Shown: positions 27,238 to 38,653, counted from the stretch's first letter. The stretch is DNA of 64,000 bases from Eledone cirrhosa (GCA_964016885.1 OZ024741.1:338272001-338336000); one strand, 5' to 3'. Numbers and translations are program-made. The notes: generated by a model from the sequence alone, not told the origin.

Positions 27238-30200
27238 TGTTTCTTTTATTTGCCACCGGAGCATCAAAAGTGGAACAAGTACAATGGGGGCAGTTTACAC
27301 AAAAAGGCGTCCTCAATAAGGAGGAGGCAATAAGAAAATATAAAAATAAAATAAAATATAACAAAAAATAAAATTTATAACAAAATCCTCAATAGAGAGG
27401 AGGCGCCTTGGGGGGTCGCACACACCCCCGAAAAAAGTGTGCAACCCTTCTCCTCAGGAGCACAGAGAGGGGGTGCTCCCTCGTTCCTTCCTCTTTTCCA
27501 CCTACAGGCTTATGTAAAGAGAAGGCCCATTCACACGGGCCATTCTCGCCACTTTCACCCACCTTTCATAAAAACGGTTGGGGTGGAGCACCTCACTCTC
27601 CATCCTGATCCTTCTTCCGAAATGATATCGGAAGAAACGGACCAGTTGTTGGCCAGAGAGAAAGGTGCCTGACCTCAGTCCTTTCAGACGCGTCCACCAA
27701 ACAACTTCTTTCACCATGGCTATTACGCACAGAAACACCTCCTCTCCTTCATTTTTGAAGGGGGGAGGCGGCTTGATCATTACAATAGACTCGGTGGTCA
27801 ACCGGATCGGTCCCACCCTTGACAGCAGTTGTTCGACATAGCCCCACAGATCGGCTACGCCCGAGCAGTGTACCAATGCGTGTGCAACGGTTTCCTCGTC
27901 GCACACGCATCTGGGACAGATCTTTTTGGCGGGGTCCCTACCCGGGCGCCCGTGTCTGTAGAGCTTTTCTCGAACGGGTAGAGCCCCTCGGTAGCACTGC
28001 CAGGCCAGGGACTTCTGGAAGTTGTCCATAGGTCCCGGGCTGAATGTCCTACCGAACAGGCTGGCCAGTTCGTCCTCCTCCATGTCTAGGGCTTCTCCGA
28101 GGGCGTCGTCGCACCTGCTGCGTACCAGTCCTCTATAGAATGTTGCGGTGGAGTCTCCACTGACAACCGGATCCGCCTGCCAGAGGGCGGTGAGCACCTG
28201 GGCACACTCAGTGTGCCAGGCGCCCAGTTTTCTCGGTCTTTGCTTGACCCAGGATTGCAGCTCGGTGAGTGAGACGAGTCTGGGAAAGGTTCGTCTCACA
28301 AACGAGGCCCACACCGGTTGACCGGTGAGGAATACGTGGAGGTGCGGTAGCCTTAATGCGTGTTTACGTATCATTAGCCACGGCATCCCCAGCCCTCCTT
28401 TCGAAGGCTGTTGACAGCAGATGGATCTCCTCACCAAGGGAGCCCGCCTCTTCCAAAGGAATTGGAAGAGCGCGCGCTCCATTTTGGCGAGGGTTTCCCT
28501 TAGGCAAGGCACAACGGTCAGGCGGTAGTAGATGACGGACGCTATATAGGTGTTCGCCACCTCCGCCCGACCTTTTAGGGATAGTTTGCAACTGGCCCAC
28601 TTCTGGGTCAGTGTAAACACCCTGTTCGTAACCTCCGCCCAGTTCTTCTCCACCTGGAGGTCTGGTCCGAACCAGATCCCGAGCAACTTCACCGGGCCCT
28701 CCGTCCAGCGTCCGACGACGCTATCGGATGGCATCGGTCTGCCCCTCCACGTGCCGAGTTGCAAACCGATCGGCTTGTCCCGGTTCAGCTTAGCCCCTGT
28801 GAACCTTTCGTACTCCTCCAGTAAGGTGCCGATCGCCCCGATTTCGGAGGCCGTCGACACCATTACTGTCACGTCATCGGCGTAGGCCGACACCGTTTTC
28901 CGCAATCCCGGTTCCAAAGGGATGCCCTGCAACAACTCCAACTTCCGCAGTAGTGGCTCGAGAGTCAACACATACAGAAGGGAGGAGAGAAGGCACCCTT
29001 GTCGGATGGACCGCGCGATTTTGAACGGCTCAGAGAGGTAGCCGTTCACCTTGACCCTAGAGCAGATGCGGCTGCTGTGCATAGCAGTGATCCAGCCCCT
29101 GAAAACGGGTCCGAAGCCTGCCGCCGCTAGCACCGCATCCAGGTAACCATGGTCGACCCTATCGAACGCCTTAGATTGATCCAAGTTGATCAGAGCCCCA
29201 CCAAAGCCGGGTTCGTTCCCAACCCTCTCTATGATGTATCGCATGAGGTGGAGGTTGTCATGGATGGACCTGGACGGGATAACACATGTCTGCGCATCTC
29301 CCACCAGGTTGCCCACCACAAGCGCCAACCTCTTTGCTAGCACCTTGGCCAAAATCTGTAACTCTGTATTTAGCAGAGTTATGGGCCTGAAGTTACTTAT
29401 TTCGTCCCCCTTGTTCTCGTCCTTCCTCACTAGCGTGACTACGACCTTGGTCACAGTACAGGGAATTCTCCCGTTCTGTTGCCAGTTGCAGTAGACCGCC
29501 TCGAGGAGATTGGGGAACAAGTCCGGCATAGCTAGATATAATTCGTATGGAAGACCATCGAGACCCGGGGATTTGCGTTTGCCGCATTGGCCCAGCACGT
29601 CCTCTATCTCAGCGGCCGAAATCGGCTCCTCGCAGGACTTCGCCTCCCTGTCCGAGAGACGCGGCAGGCCGTCGAGGTATGGACCGAAGTCCACATCCCC
29701 AACCCGCTCCCCGCCCCTTCCGAACAGTCGGGCAAAGTGCCTTTGAAAGGCCTCACACATCTGCTTAGGCTCAAGGATCGCCCGTCCATCCTGGTCTCGC
29801 AAAGACCGGATGGTGGATTTAGTTCCACTCTTGGCCGCTGTCACGCGGACCCAGCTAACAGCTTTGGTCCCCTCGTTCCCTAGAGCACGTATTTTACTTC
29901 GGACAACGCAGCCTTCGTGCTTCGCGTCGAAAAACTGGCTCAAAGCCGTTCTCGACGCTAGCACTCTGGCCACGTCGCCGCTTCTAATTGCCTCTTCTAC
30001 ACTATCTATTAGCTCCCTTTCCTTCCTATTCCTATCCGCAGCTAGAACCTTACTAAATTCTATCGAGATACTCTAATCTCTCTCTTTAGAGATACCCACC
30101 ACCTGCTGTTGACGATCGCTCCAGTCAACCGTTCCTTAACTAACGTACTAATCCGATCCCTGTAAGCTCTACTTGCCGGCAAGGACAAGTTGAGCTTCCA

Positions 30201-33013
30201 GTAACCGGGGCCCTGTCTATGCGTTCTATCAAGGTTGACCATGCAGGTCACCAACTTGTGGTCTGAATAGCCAACCATGAGCATTTCTGGACAACTTAAA
30301 AAGTCCCTGTCCTTATTTCTAACTAAAAACCTATCTAGGTACGACCTAGATGATCCGCTGCGATTTGACCAAGACCAGGTTGGCACCGTCGGAAAATCTA
30401 GTCGAAATCTATCGGCCAGGTCAAATCGGCCGAGTAACCCCTTGAGGCTGTTGCACCCCTCTCTATCGGGACATGCCCCTGCATAGTCCCAACGTGCATC
30501 CAGGATACCATTCCAGTCCCCCACTAAAAGCAGGGAACGGGACGTCCCTAGAAAAGACTCCAGACGCTGGAAAAAGTCGGGCCGCTCTGTCCCAAAAGAG
30601 GCATATGCGGCTACCAGCCTAAAGGCTCTACTTTCACCACTGCCAAGGTCCAGCACCACCAGTCGACCCCCTGGGTCCAAGTGAACTATCTGTGTGGCAA
30701 GGCCCAGATGTTTTTGCAGCAGAACGACAACCCCACTCCCACCTCCGGGCTGACAGAGAGATGCGTGCATCTCAAAGTCGTCAAAGGTGGGGGCTAGCTG
30801 TCGCATGCTGCTGATCCGGGCCTCGCAGATAACCATCACATTTATAGATCGTGACCTGAGGTCATTTAGAAGCATTGCTTGCTTCCAAGATGAGCTCAGG
30901 CCACGCGCATTTAGACACCCGATTCTTAGCACAGCCATGTTAGTGGTAAGGAGAAAAGGCACTTACCTCTCTGCGTCCCGGGAAGCGGGCCGCTCAATTT
31001 CCATGCTGGTTGGGGATGGGTTGTTGGGTGGGGCGGTGGTTTGTGGAAGTGAAGGGGCATCAGTGTGTTGTGGGGTTGGGGCGTTTGTGGTTGAGTGGGT
31101 GTCTGGGTGGGTGGGGGTGAATTTTTTTAGGAGGACGCGGTTGATTGGCTTGGCGCAGGGGGGGGGCACGTCCTCCGTGAAATTTGTTTTCAGTGTTTTA
31201 TAAAAGTTCATTGGGACTTTAATCATTTTTAAATGAGGTAGTCCCACAGCAGTTATAAAGTTAGGCCCTTCAGTTTGGACCGAAGGGTTTGATGAAATTG
31301 TTTTCAGTAGTTCTTTGTTGTCTGTGTTCATGTATGTATATTGTAAAGTCTTTTTTGTGTAGCAGTTAGTGTTGTGTGACGGGGAGGGGTGGTTTGTGTG
31401 TAGTTTGTGTTCTCTTGGGGAGGGTTAATGTTAACAAGTGTGTCTGTGGTGCGCCTCCTCTTCTTTCTTTTTACTGTTTGGAAGGGATCTTTTTCGTCTT
31501 GCGACGAAAGGGGTTCGTCTTCCTTGTTGGGTGGGAGGGGTATGTTTTCTGGTAGTGTTTGCGGTGTGTGTGTTTTTGTATTTGTTTTGGGTGGAGAGGG
31601 GTTGGGTGGGACAGTATTCTGTGTTGTTTTTTCACGTGTTTGTTGTTGTTGTTGTTGTTGTGGTGGTGGTGGTGGTGGTGTTGGTTTTTGTTGTTGTTGT
31701 GGTTGTTTTGTTTTTTTGTTGTTGGGGTGGTGTTGGTGTTGGTAGCAGTGTTTTTTTCTGTGTGATCTGGGGACAGGCAGCCCTCAGGTGACCTCTATTG
31801 CCACAGAGGTAACAGGAGGGACGCCACCCTCCACAATAATGTTGAGGTGGGTACGGTCATCCAGCATGACGCGCTCAGGGATTTGGGCGATACGTTCTGG
31901 CCTTATTTGGGTCAGAACTTCGATACTCGTTCCACTGAACGCGTCGCCGGATGCCTTCCCTATTGAAATGAGGTTGTCCTCGTCTAAATTGAGGAAACCG
32001 GTTAGTAACCACCAGTAGTTTATGTTTGGGTGATGGTGGTTATCCATATTCTCTGGGGTTTTTTACCCATGTAGGTGGGGAAGAAGGTGTAGTGTGTGGA
32101 ACGAATTGGCGACACAGAGTATTTTTTCGCCGCCAATTCGTCTTTCATCAATATGGATAAACTCCCATAGAGTTTATCCTTTTGTATGAAAGTGATGTCT
32201 TTCATCGCTTCTTTCAGTACTAACTGAATTTCAGCTTGAGATGGTTGTGCTGGTTTTTTTGTTTTATTTAAAATTGTACGGAATACGACAGTTCGTAATT
32301 CCGTCTGTTTTTTTAGTTCTGGAGGTGAATTTATAGAAAACGAACCGTTTTCGCCAAAAGATACATATTTTTTGGCTTTTTCCAGCATTTCTTTGGCTTT
32401 TGAAATATCTTCAAGCACATAAGTGACTGATAATTTAGCCGTTTGTGCAAAAGACATTTTGTTTTCGTTGTTGGTGTTTGTATTGTTTTGTTTCTCGTCG
32501 TTTGAGTTGTTTTCATCTTTGTTGTTGTCTTTCTCGTTTGGTGTGTGGATACTTGTGACGTTTGTGTTGTTGTTGTTTTTGTTGTCTTTATTGTTGCTGT
32601 TGTGGTCGTTGTTGTTGTTTTCAGTTTCTTGTATAGTTGTGGCTACACAAGTTGTCGGTCAACAGGTGAAGAAAATTCTTCCTCTGGCTGACCTCTGCCT
32701 TTGGCATCTGCTGCTGTGACAGTGGCAGAGGAAGCTGTGAGTATGACTTCCCTTTTCTTCCTTTGACTGTTGGTGAAGATGCTTCAGCCATTTTTATCAA
32801 AATAGGATTTTTCGAAATTTTTCGAAAGATAAAATGTTTACAATACTATTTCGCCTAAAGGCGTAGAATATTTTGAGAGACTGACCAGATCAAAATTTGA
32901 CCTGGCAGTCCCTCTACAAAATGGTACGAAAATAAAAGTTTACAGTTCACAATTTCCCGATAAATTTAAACGAAACTTACCGAGCGAGCTCAGCACATGT
33001 GTCCATCCCAGAG
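27238..33013 (-). mobile_element. Tx1-like element D: full length, ORF1 (30963-~32791) broken, ORF2 (27502-30938) with one frameshift near 30060
   Basis: APE endonuclease ORF 30060-30962 (NARGL, ICE, GDWN, YLDR, SDH); RT ORF 27502-29973. Confidence 0.93.
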
Positions 33014-33038
33014 AGATAGATAGATAGATAGATAGATA
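33014..33038. repeat. (GATA)n spacer 4 (short)
   Basis: Direct reading. Confidence 0.9.
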
Positions 33039-33277
33039 TATTTCTTTATTAGCCACAGGGGCACAAAAGAAGGGGACAAATACAAAGGGGGAAGTTTAGA
33101 TACAATAAAAACGTGTAAAATGTTATCACAGATGGAATTTAAAAGTTAGTCGATTTTCCCCAATAGAGGGAGACAGTTTATATGGGTAACACATACCCCC
33201 GAAAAAAATGTGCAACCCTCATCTCCAGGAGTACGAAGAGCTTGTACTCCTTTCCTCTCCTCCTCCTTTTCCTCAAT

Positions 33278-36200
33278 CTACAGGCTGATATAGAGAGAAG
33301 GCCCATTCACTCGGGCCATTCTCGCCACTTTCACCCACCTTTCATAAAACTTGCTGGGGTACAGCACCTCTCTCTCCATCCTGATTCTTCTTCCAAAGTG
33401 GTATTTGAAAAAAAGAATCAGTTGTTGGCCGGAGAAAAAGGTGTCTGACCTCAGCCCTTTCAACCTTGTCCACCATACAACCTCTTTCGCCATAGCTATC
33501 ACACAAAGGAAAACCGCCTCTCCTTCGTTTTTGAAGGAGGGTGGCGGTTTGATCATGACAATGGACTCGGTGGTCAACTGGATTGGTCCCACCCGCGACA
33601 ATAGTCGTTCTACATATCCCCACAGATCAGTGACGCCCGGGCAGTGTATGAATGCGTGCGCGACGGTTTCTTCGTCTCGCACGCACCTCGGACAGATCTT
33701 TTTTGCAGGGTCCCTGCCCGGGCGCCCATGTCTGTAGAGCTTGTCTCGAACTGGTAGAGCTCCTCGGTAGCACTGCCAGGCCAGGGACTTTTGGAAGTTG
33801 TCCATCGGTCCCGGGCGGAAGGTCCTACCGAACAGACTGGCCAGTTCATCTTCCTCCACGCCTAGAGTTTCACCGAGCGCGTCGTCGCACTTGCTGCGAA
33901 CCAACCCTCTATAGAATGACGAAGTGGAGTCTCCACTGATCGCCGGGTCCGCCTGCCAGAGGGCTGTGAGCGCCTGAGCACATTCGATGTGCCAGTCGCC
34001 CATTTTCCTCGGTCTCTGCTTGACCCAGGACTGCAGCTCGGTCAGTGAGACGAGTCGTGGGAAGGCTCGCCTCACGAACGGGGCCCACACCGGTTGTCCG
34101 GTGAGGAATACGTAGAGATGCCGCAGCCTGAGCGCGTGTTTGCGCATCGTCAACCACGGCATCCCCAGCCCTCCGTTAGAAGGGTGTTGGCAGCAGATGG
34201 ATCTTCTTACCAAAGGAGCCCGCCTCTTCCAAAGGAATCGGAAGAGGGCGCGCTCCATTTTGGCGAGCATTTTGGCTGGACAAGGCACGACGGTCAAGCG
34301 GTAGTAGATGGCGGACGCTATAAAAGTGTTCGCCACCTCCGCTCGACCTTTCAAGGATAGTTTGCACTCGGCCCACTTCTGGGTGAGTGCAAACACCTTG
34401 GCCGTCACTTCGTTCCAGTTCTTCTCCACCTGGAGGTCCGGACCAAACCAGACCCCGAGCAGCTTTACCGGTCCTTCCGTCCAGCGTCCGACGACGCCAT
34501 CGGAAGGCATCGGTCTGCCTCTCCACGATCCGAGTTGCAAACCGATGGACTTGTCCCGGTTCAGCTTCGCTCCTGTGAGACTTTCGTATTCCTTTAGTAA
34601 GGTGCCGACTTTCTCGATTTGCGAGGCGCTCGACACCATTACTGTCACGTCGTCGGCGTAGGCCGACGCCGCTTTCCGCAGTCCCGGTTCCAGAGGGATG
34701 CCCTGCAATAGCTCCAGCTTCCGCAGTAGTGGCTCGAGAGTCAGTACGTACAGAAGGGAGGAGAGAGGGCATCCCTGTCGAATGGATCGCGTAATATGGA
34801 ACGGCTCCGAGAGGTAACCGTTCACCTTGACCCTTGAGCAGATGTTGCTGTTGTGCATTGCAGCAATCCAGCCCCTGAACACGGGTCCGAAGCCTGCCTC
34901 CTCGAGCACCGCATCCAGGTAACGATGGTCAACCCTATCGAAAGCCTTAGACTGATCCAAGTTGATCAGGGCCTCACCGAAGCCGGGTTTACACCCTACC
35001 CTCTCTATGATGTATCGCATGAGGTGGAGGTTGTCGTGTATGGACCTGGTCGGGATCGCGCATGTCTGCGCTTCTCCCACCAGGTTCTCGACGACAAGCG
35101 CCAGCCTCTTTGCCAACACCTTGGCCAAAATCTGTAACTCTGTGTTTAGCAGAGTTATGGGCCGGAAGTTGCCTATGTCATCCCCCTTATTCTCGTCCTT
35201 CCTGATTAGTGTGACCACGCCCCCGGCTACAGAACTGGGAATTCTCCCGTTCTGTTGCCAGTTGCAGTAGACCGCTTCCAGGAGACCGGAGAATAAGTCC
35301 GGCATTGCTACGTAAAATTCGTAGGGTAGACCGTCGAGACCTGGAGATTTGCGTTTGCCGCATTGGCTCAGCGCGTCCCCTATCTCAGTGGCTGAAATCG
35401 GCTTTTCGCAGAACTTCGCCTCGCTGTCCGAGAGTCGCGGTAGGCCGTCGAGGTATGGACCGAAATCCATAGCCTCTCCCGGCGCGCCGCTCCCCCCGAA
35501 CAGCCGAGCAAAGTGCCGCTGAAAAGCCGCACACATCTGCTTCGGCTCACGTATCACGCGTCCGTTTTGGTCCTTCAAAGACCGAATCGTGGACTTGTTG
35601 CCACTTTTTGCCTCCGTCACTCGGGCCCAGCTAACAGCTTTGGCTCCCTCGTTTCCCAGAGCACGTATTTTGCTTCTGACAACGCAGTCCTCGTGCTTTG
35701 CGTCGAAGAACTGGTCCAAGGCCGTTCTCGTTGCTAGCACGCTGGCTACGTTGCCACTTCTAATAGCCTCTTCTACTTTATCTACCAGTTCCTTCTCGGT
35801 TCTATTTCTATCTAACGCTAATTCTTTACTAAAAACTATCGAGTCTAATCTAACTGCCCTCTTGAGAGAGTACCACCATCTGTTGTTGACAATGGCCCCT
35901 GTCAAGTGCTGTTTAACTAAAGTGCTAATCCGTCTACTGTAGGCTTTGCTTGTCGGTAACGACAAGTTCAGCTTCCAGTAGCCGGGTCCTTGTCTATGGG
36001 TTCTATCAAGGTTGGCCATGCAGGTCACTAGTTTGTGATCTGAATAGGCAACCATGAACATTTGTGGACAGCTTAACATGTCCCTATCCTTATTTCTAAC
36101 TAGAACCCTATCTAGGTACGATCTAGATGTTCCGCTACGATTACTCCACGTCCACAGTGGCGCAGTCGGAAAATCTAGTCGATATCTATCGGCCAGGTCA

Positions 36201-36715
36201 AATCGGTCGATTAACTGTTTGAGGCTGTTACACCCCCCTTTATCGGGACATGCTCCCACATAGTCCCAACGTGCATCTAGGATTCCATTCCAGTCCCCCA
36301 CTAAAAGCAAGGAGCGGGACGTTCCCAGAAAAGTCTCTAGACGTTTGAAGAAGTCTGGCCGCGGTGTCCCGGATGGGGCATATGCGGCCACCAGCCTGAA
36401 CGCTCCACCTTCACTACCGTCAACGTCTAGGACCACCAGTCGACCCTCCGGGTCCAGATGTACCGTCTGTGTTACGAGGCCCAGGTGTTTCCGCAGCAAA
36501 ACGGCAACTCCGCCCCCACCCCCCGGTTGACAGAGAGATGCGTAGATCTCAAAGTCATCGAAGATGGGGGCCAGCTGTCGCTCGCCGTGGATCCTGGACT
36601 CGCAAATGGCTACCACATCCAAACTGTGCGACCTGAGGTCGTTTAAGAGTTTGCCCTGTTTCCAGGGCATCCCCAGGCCGCGTACGTTCACACATCCAAC
36701 TCTTATATTGGCCAT
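33278..36715 (-). CDS. ORF2p: APE endonuclease + reverse transcriptase + CCHC zinc knuckle (1145 aa), L1/Tx1 clade
   Basis: NVRGL, ICES, YAP, GDWN, YLDR, SDH; GPGYWKLN; KSPGLDGLP, NFRPITLLN, LDQSKAFDRVDH, RQGCPLS, YADD; CPRC-x8-H-x4-C. Confidence 0.97.
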   Translation of the reverse strand: MANIRVGCVNVRGLGMPWKQGKLLNDLRSHSLDVVAICESRIHGERQLAPIFDDFEIYASLCQPGGGGGVAVLLRKHLGLVTQTVHLDPEGRLVVLDVDGSEGGAFRLVAAYAPSGTPRPDFFKRLETFLGTSRSLLLVGDWNGILDARWDYVGACPDKGGCNSLKQLIDRFDLADRYRLDFPTAPLWTWSNRSGTSRSYLDRVLVRNKDRDMLSCPQMFMVAYSDHKLVTCMANLDRTHRQGPGYWKLNLSLPTSKAYSRRISTLVKQHLTGAIVNNRWWYSLKRAVRLDSIVFSKELALDRNRTEKELVDKVEEAIRSGNVASVLATRTALDQFFDAKHEDCVVRSKIRALGNEGAKAVSWARVTEAKSGNKSTIRSLKDQNGRVIREPKQMCAAFQRHFARLFGGSGAPGEAMDFGPYLDGLPRLSDSEAKFCEKPISATEIGDALSQCGKRKSPGLDGLPYEFYVAMPDLFSGLLEAVYCNWQQNGRIPSSVAGGVVTLIRKDENKGDDIGNFRPITLLNTELQILAKVLAKRLALVVENLVGEAQTCAIPTRSIHDNLHLMRYIIERVGCKPGFGEALINLDQSKAFDRVDHRYLDAVLEEAGFGPVFRGWIAAMHNSNICSRVKVNGYLSEPFHITRSIRQGCPLSSLLYVLTLEPLLRKLELLQGIPLEPGLRKAASAYADDVTVMVSSASQIEKVGTLLKEYESLTGAKLNRDKSIGLQLGSWRGRPMPSDGVVGRWTEGPVKLLGVWFGPDLQVEKNWNEVTAKVFALTQKWAECKLSLKGRAEVANTFIASAIYYRLTVVPCPAKMLAKMERALFRFLWKRRAPLVRRSICCQHPSNGGLGMPWLTMRKHALRLRHLYVFLTGQPVWAPFVRRAFPRLVSLTELQSWVKQRPRKMGDWHIECAQALTALWQADPAISGDSTSSFYRGLVRSKCDDALGETLGVEEDELASLFGRTFRPGPMDNFQKSLAWQCYRGALPVRDKLYRHGRPGRDPAKKICPRCVRDEETVAHAFIHCPGVTDLWGYVERLLSRVGPIQLTTESIVMIKPPPSFKNEGEAVFLCVIAMAKEVVWWTRLKGLRSDTFFSGQQLILFFKYHFGRRIRMEREVLYPSKFYERWVKVARMARVNGPSLYISL

Positions 36716-36748
36716 GTTGGTGCTGAAAAGTTAAAAGAGGAAAAGAGA

Positions 36749-38653
36749 TCACTCACCCTTCGCCTCCTGGGGACCAGGCCGCACGATTTCCATGGGGGTG
36801 TTGGAGGGGTTGTCTGGATGGGTGGTGGTTTCCGGCGGGGTGGGGACGCAGATGTTTGGTGGGGTGGGGTCTGGTGGGATGGGGGTGTCTGGGGTGGGGA
36901 GGCATTTGAGAAGGACGCGGTTGAGTGGTTTCACGCAGGAATTCCCCACATCCTTCTCAAATGTTTCTTTTAGGGACCTATAAGTTTGTATAGGGACCCT
37001 AATCAGTTTTAGGTTCATTTTTTTGCTATTTTTTATAGAGTGGGCGAAAGTTTTCCCTTCGGTGAAAACCGAAGGGTCGTTCGTAATGGTCTCCATTAGT
37101 GTTTTGTTTTCAGTGTTTATGTAAGTGTAAGTGTAATTTTCTTGTGTTGTGTTTGTTTTTGTCTGTAGTTCTTGTGTGTGCTTTCGTTTTGTTGTAGGTA
37201 TTTTGTTTTCAGGAGGTGGGGGTTTTGTTTGTGATATTTTTGTTGTTTGTGTTGGTGGTTGTATGTTTGTGGTAGTGTTTGCTGGTTTTTTGCTTTTGTG
37301 ATGTCTTTTCTTTCTTTTCGAGCGATGGGGTTCTCCCTCGTCTTCACTGGGTGATGGCGAGATTGCCTCATCTGTTGTATCGTCTGTGTGATTGGGGAGG
37401 GGTATGTCTTGGGGAGCTGTTGTGTCTGTATGTGATTTTGCAGTGGTTTTAGGTGGAGTGAGGTTGGGTGGGACTGTGTTTGTTGTGGTTATTTTTGTGT
37501 GTTGGTGTTGTTGTTGTAGTGGTGGTGTTGGTGGTTGTGTTGTTTTGATGGGTGTTGGCAGAAGAGCCTTTTTTTGGTTCATTAGTTTAGGACAGGAAGC
37601 CCTCAGGTGACCCCTGCTAAAGCAATGGTAACATGAAGGCCGCCTACCCTCAACCGAAAGGTTTATGTAGGTAAGTCCGTCCAGGAGTACACGCTGTGGG
37701 ATCATAGCTATTCGCTCTGGGCTCATTTGCACCAGAACTTCAATGCTAGTCCCATTGAATACATCTCTGGGGGACTTGCCTACTGACAGTATTCTGTCTT
37801 CATCAAAATTGATGAAGCCGCACAGTATCCACCATATGTTCACCTTTGGTGTGACACTTGTGATTCTGATCTTTTGTGTCCTTTTTCCCATGTATGTAGG
37901 GAAAAAGGTGTACAGGTTGGATACAATTGGCGACACAGAGTAATTTTGGGCCGTCAATTGATCCTTCATCAGTACCGAAATACTCCCAAAAAGTTTGCTT
38001 CTTTGAATGAATGCAATATCATTCATTGAATCTTTGAAAACCAGTTCAATATCTTTCTGTGACAATTGGACTGGTTTTCGGGTAGAATTGGAAACTGTCC
38101 TAAAAACTATCGTTTTGAGAGCAGTTTCCTTGCGAATTTCTACCGGAGAATTGATGCTGAAAGCACCATTTTTTTCGAAGGTGACATATCTCTTAGCGTC
38201 CTTTAAAAGGTGTTCAGCATTTGTTATGTCGAGATATATCAATTGTTCTTTCTTTTGAACTTTCTCCGCAAAGGAGATTTTTGGTTTCTTTGTGGAATCC
38301 GTATTGGTGGTGTTGTCATTATTGTTGTTATTCTTGTTGTCACCGATGTTGGTATCATCCGTATTTTCCTTGGTGTTGTTGTTGTCTTTGATGCTGGTGT
38401 TATTGGCGTTGTCTTTATTTTTTTCTTTGTTGTTGTTATCATTGTTGCTTTTATCATCATTATTGGTTTTGCTGTTATTTTTGTTGTCATTGAGCTGTTT
38501 GGTGTCATTTGTGTTGTTTGGATGTGAATTCGTTTTTTTATTTTCATTTTGTCTTTCCATCTCTATAGTATCTAGTGAAGAAGACGTTGTTGACTGCGAG
38601 CTTTGTAGTCTTACCGCCTCTCCACCACCATTATCGTTGGACGCAGCGTTCAT
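36749..38653 (-). CDS. ORF1p (634 aa): Asn-rich N-terminus, conserved core, single CCHC knuckle, Pro/Thr-rich linker, conserved C-terminal block
   Basis: CYHCFSRGHLRASC; basic KRKKRHHKSKK; homologous to the ORF1 remnants of B, D and F. Confidence 0.92.
   Translation of the reverse strand: MNAASNDNGGGEAVRLQSSQSTTSSSLDTIEMERQNENKKTNSHPNNTNDTKQLNDNKNNSKTNNDDKSNNDNNNKEKNKDNANNTSIKDNNNTKENTDDTNIGDNKNNNNNDNTTNTDSTKKPKISFAEKVQKKEQLIYLDITNAEHLLKDAKRYVTFEKNGAFSINSPVEIRKETALKTIVFRTVSNSTRKPVQLSQKDIELVFKDSMNDIAFIQRSKLFGSISVLMKDQLTAQNYSVSPIVSNLYTFFPTYMGKRTQKIRITSVTPKVNIWWILCGFINFDEDRILSVGKSPRDVFNGTSIEVLVQMSPERIAMIPQRVLLDGLTYINLSVEGRRPSCYHCFSRGHLRASCPKLMNQKKALLPTPIKTTQPPTPPLQQQHQHTKITTTNTVPPNLTPPKTTAKSHTDTTAPQDIPLPNHTDDTTDEAISPSPSEDEGEPHRSKRKKRHHKSKKPANTTTNIQPPTQTTKISQTKPPPPENKIPTTKRKHTQELQTKTNTTQENYTYTYINTENKTLMETITNDPSVFTEGKTFAHSIKNSKKMNLKLIRVPIQTYRSLKETFEKDVGNSCVKPLNRVLLKCLPTPDTPIPPDPTPPNICVPTPPETTTHPDNPSNTPMEIVRPGPQEAKGE

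Noticed and set aside
36723-36756. 34-nt GT...AG mini-intron between ORF1 and ORF2 of E that might fuse the ORFs
   Set aside because: Very short, out of frame with the ORF2 ATG, and D and F have no AG after the pyrimidine tract in this spacer.
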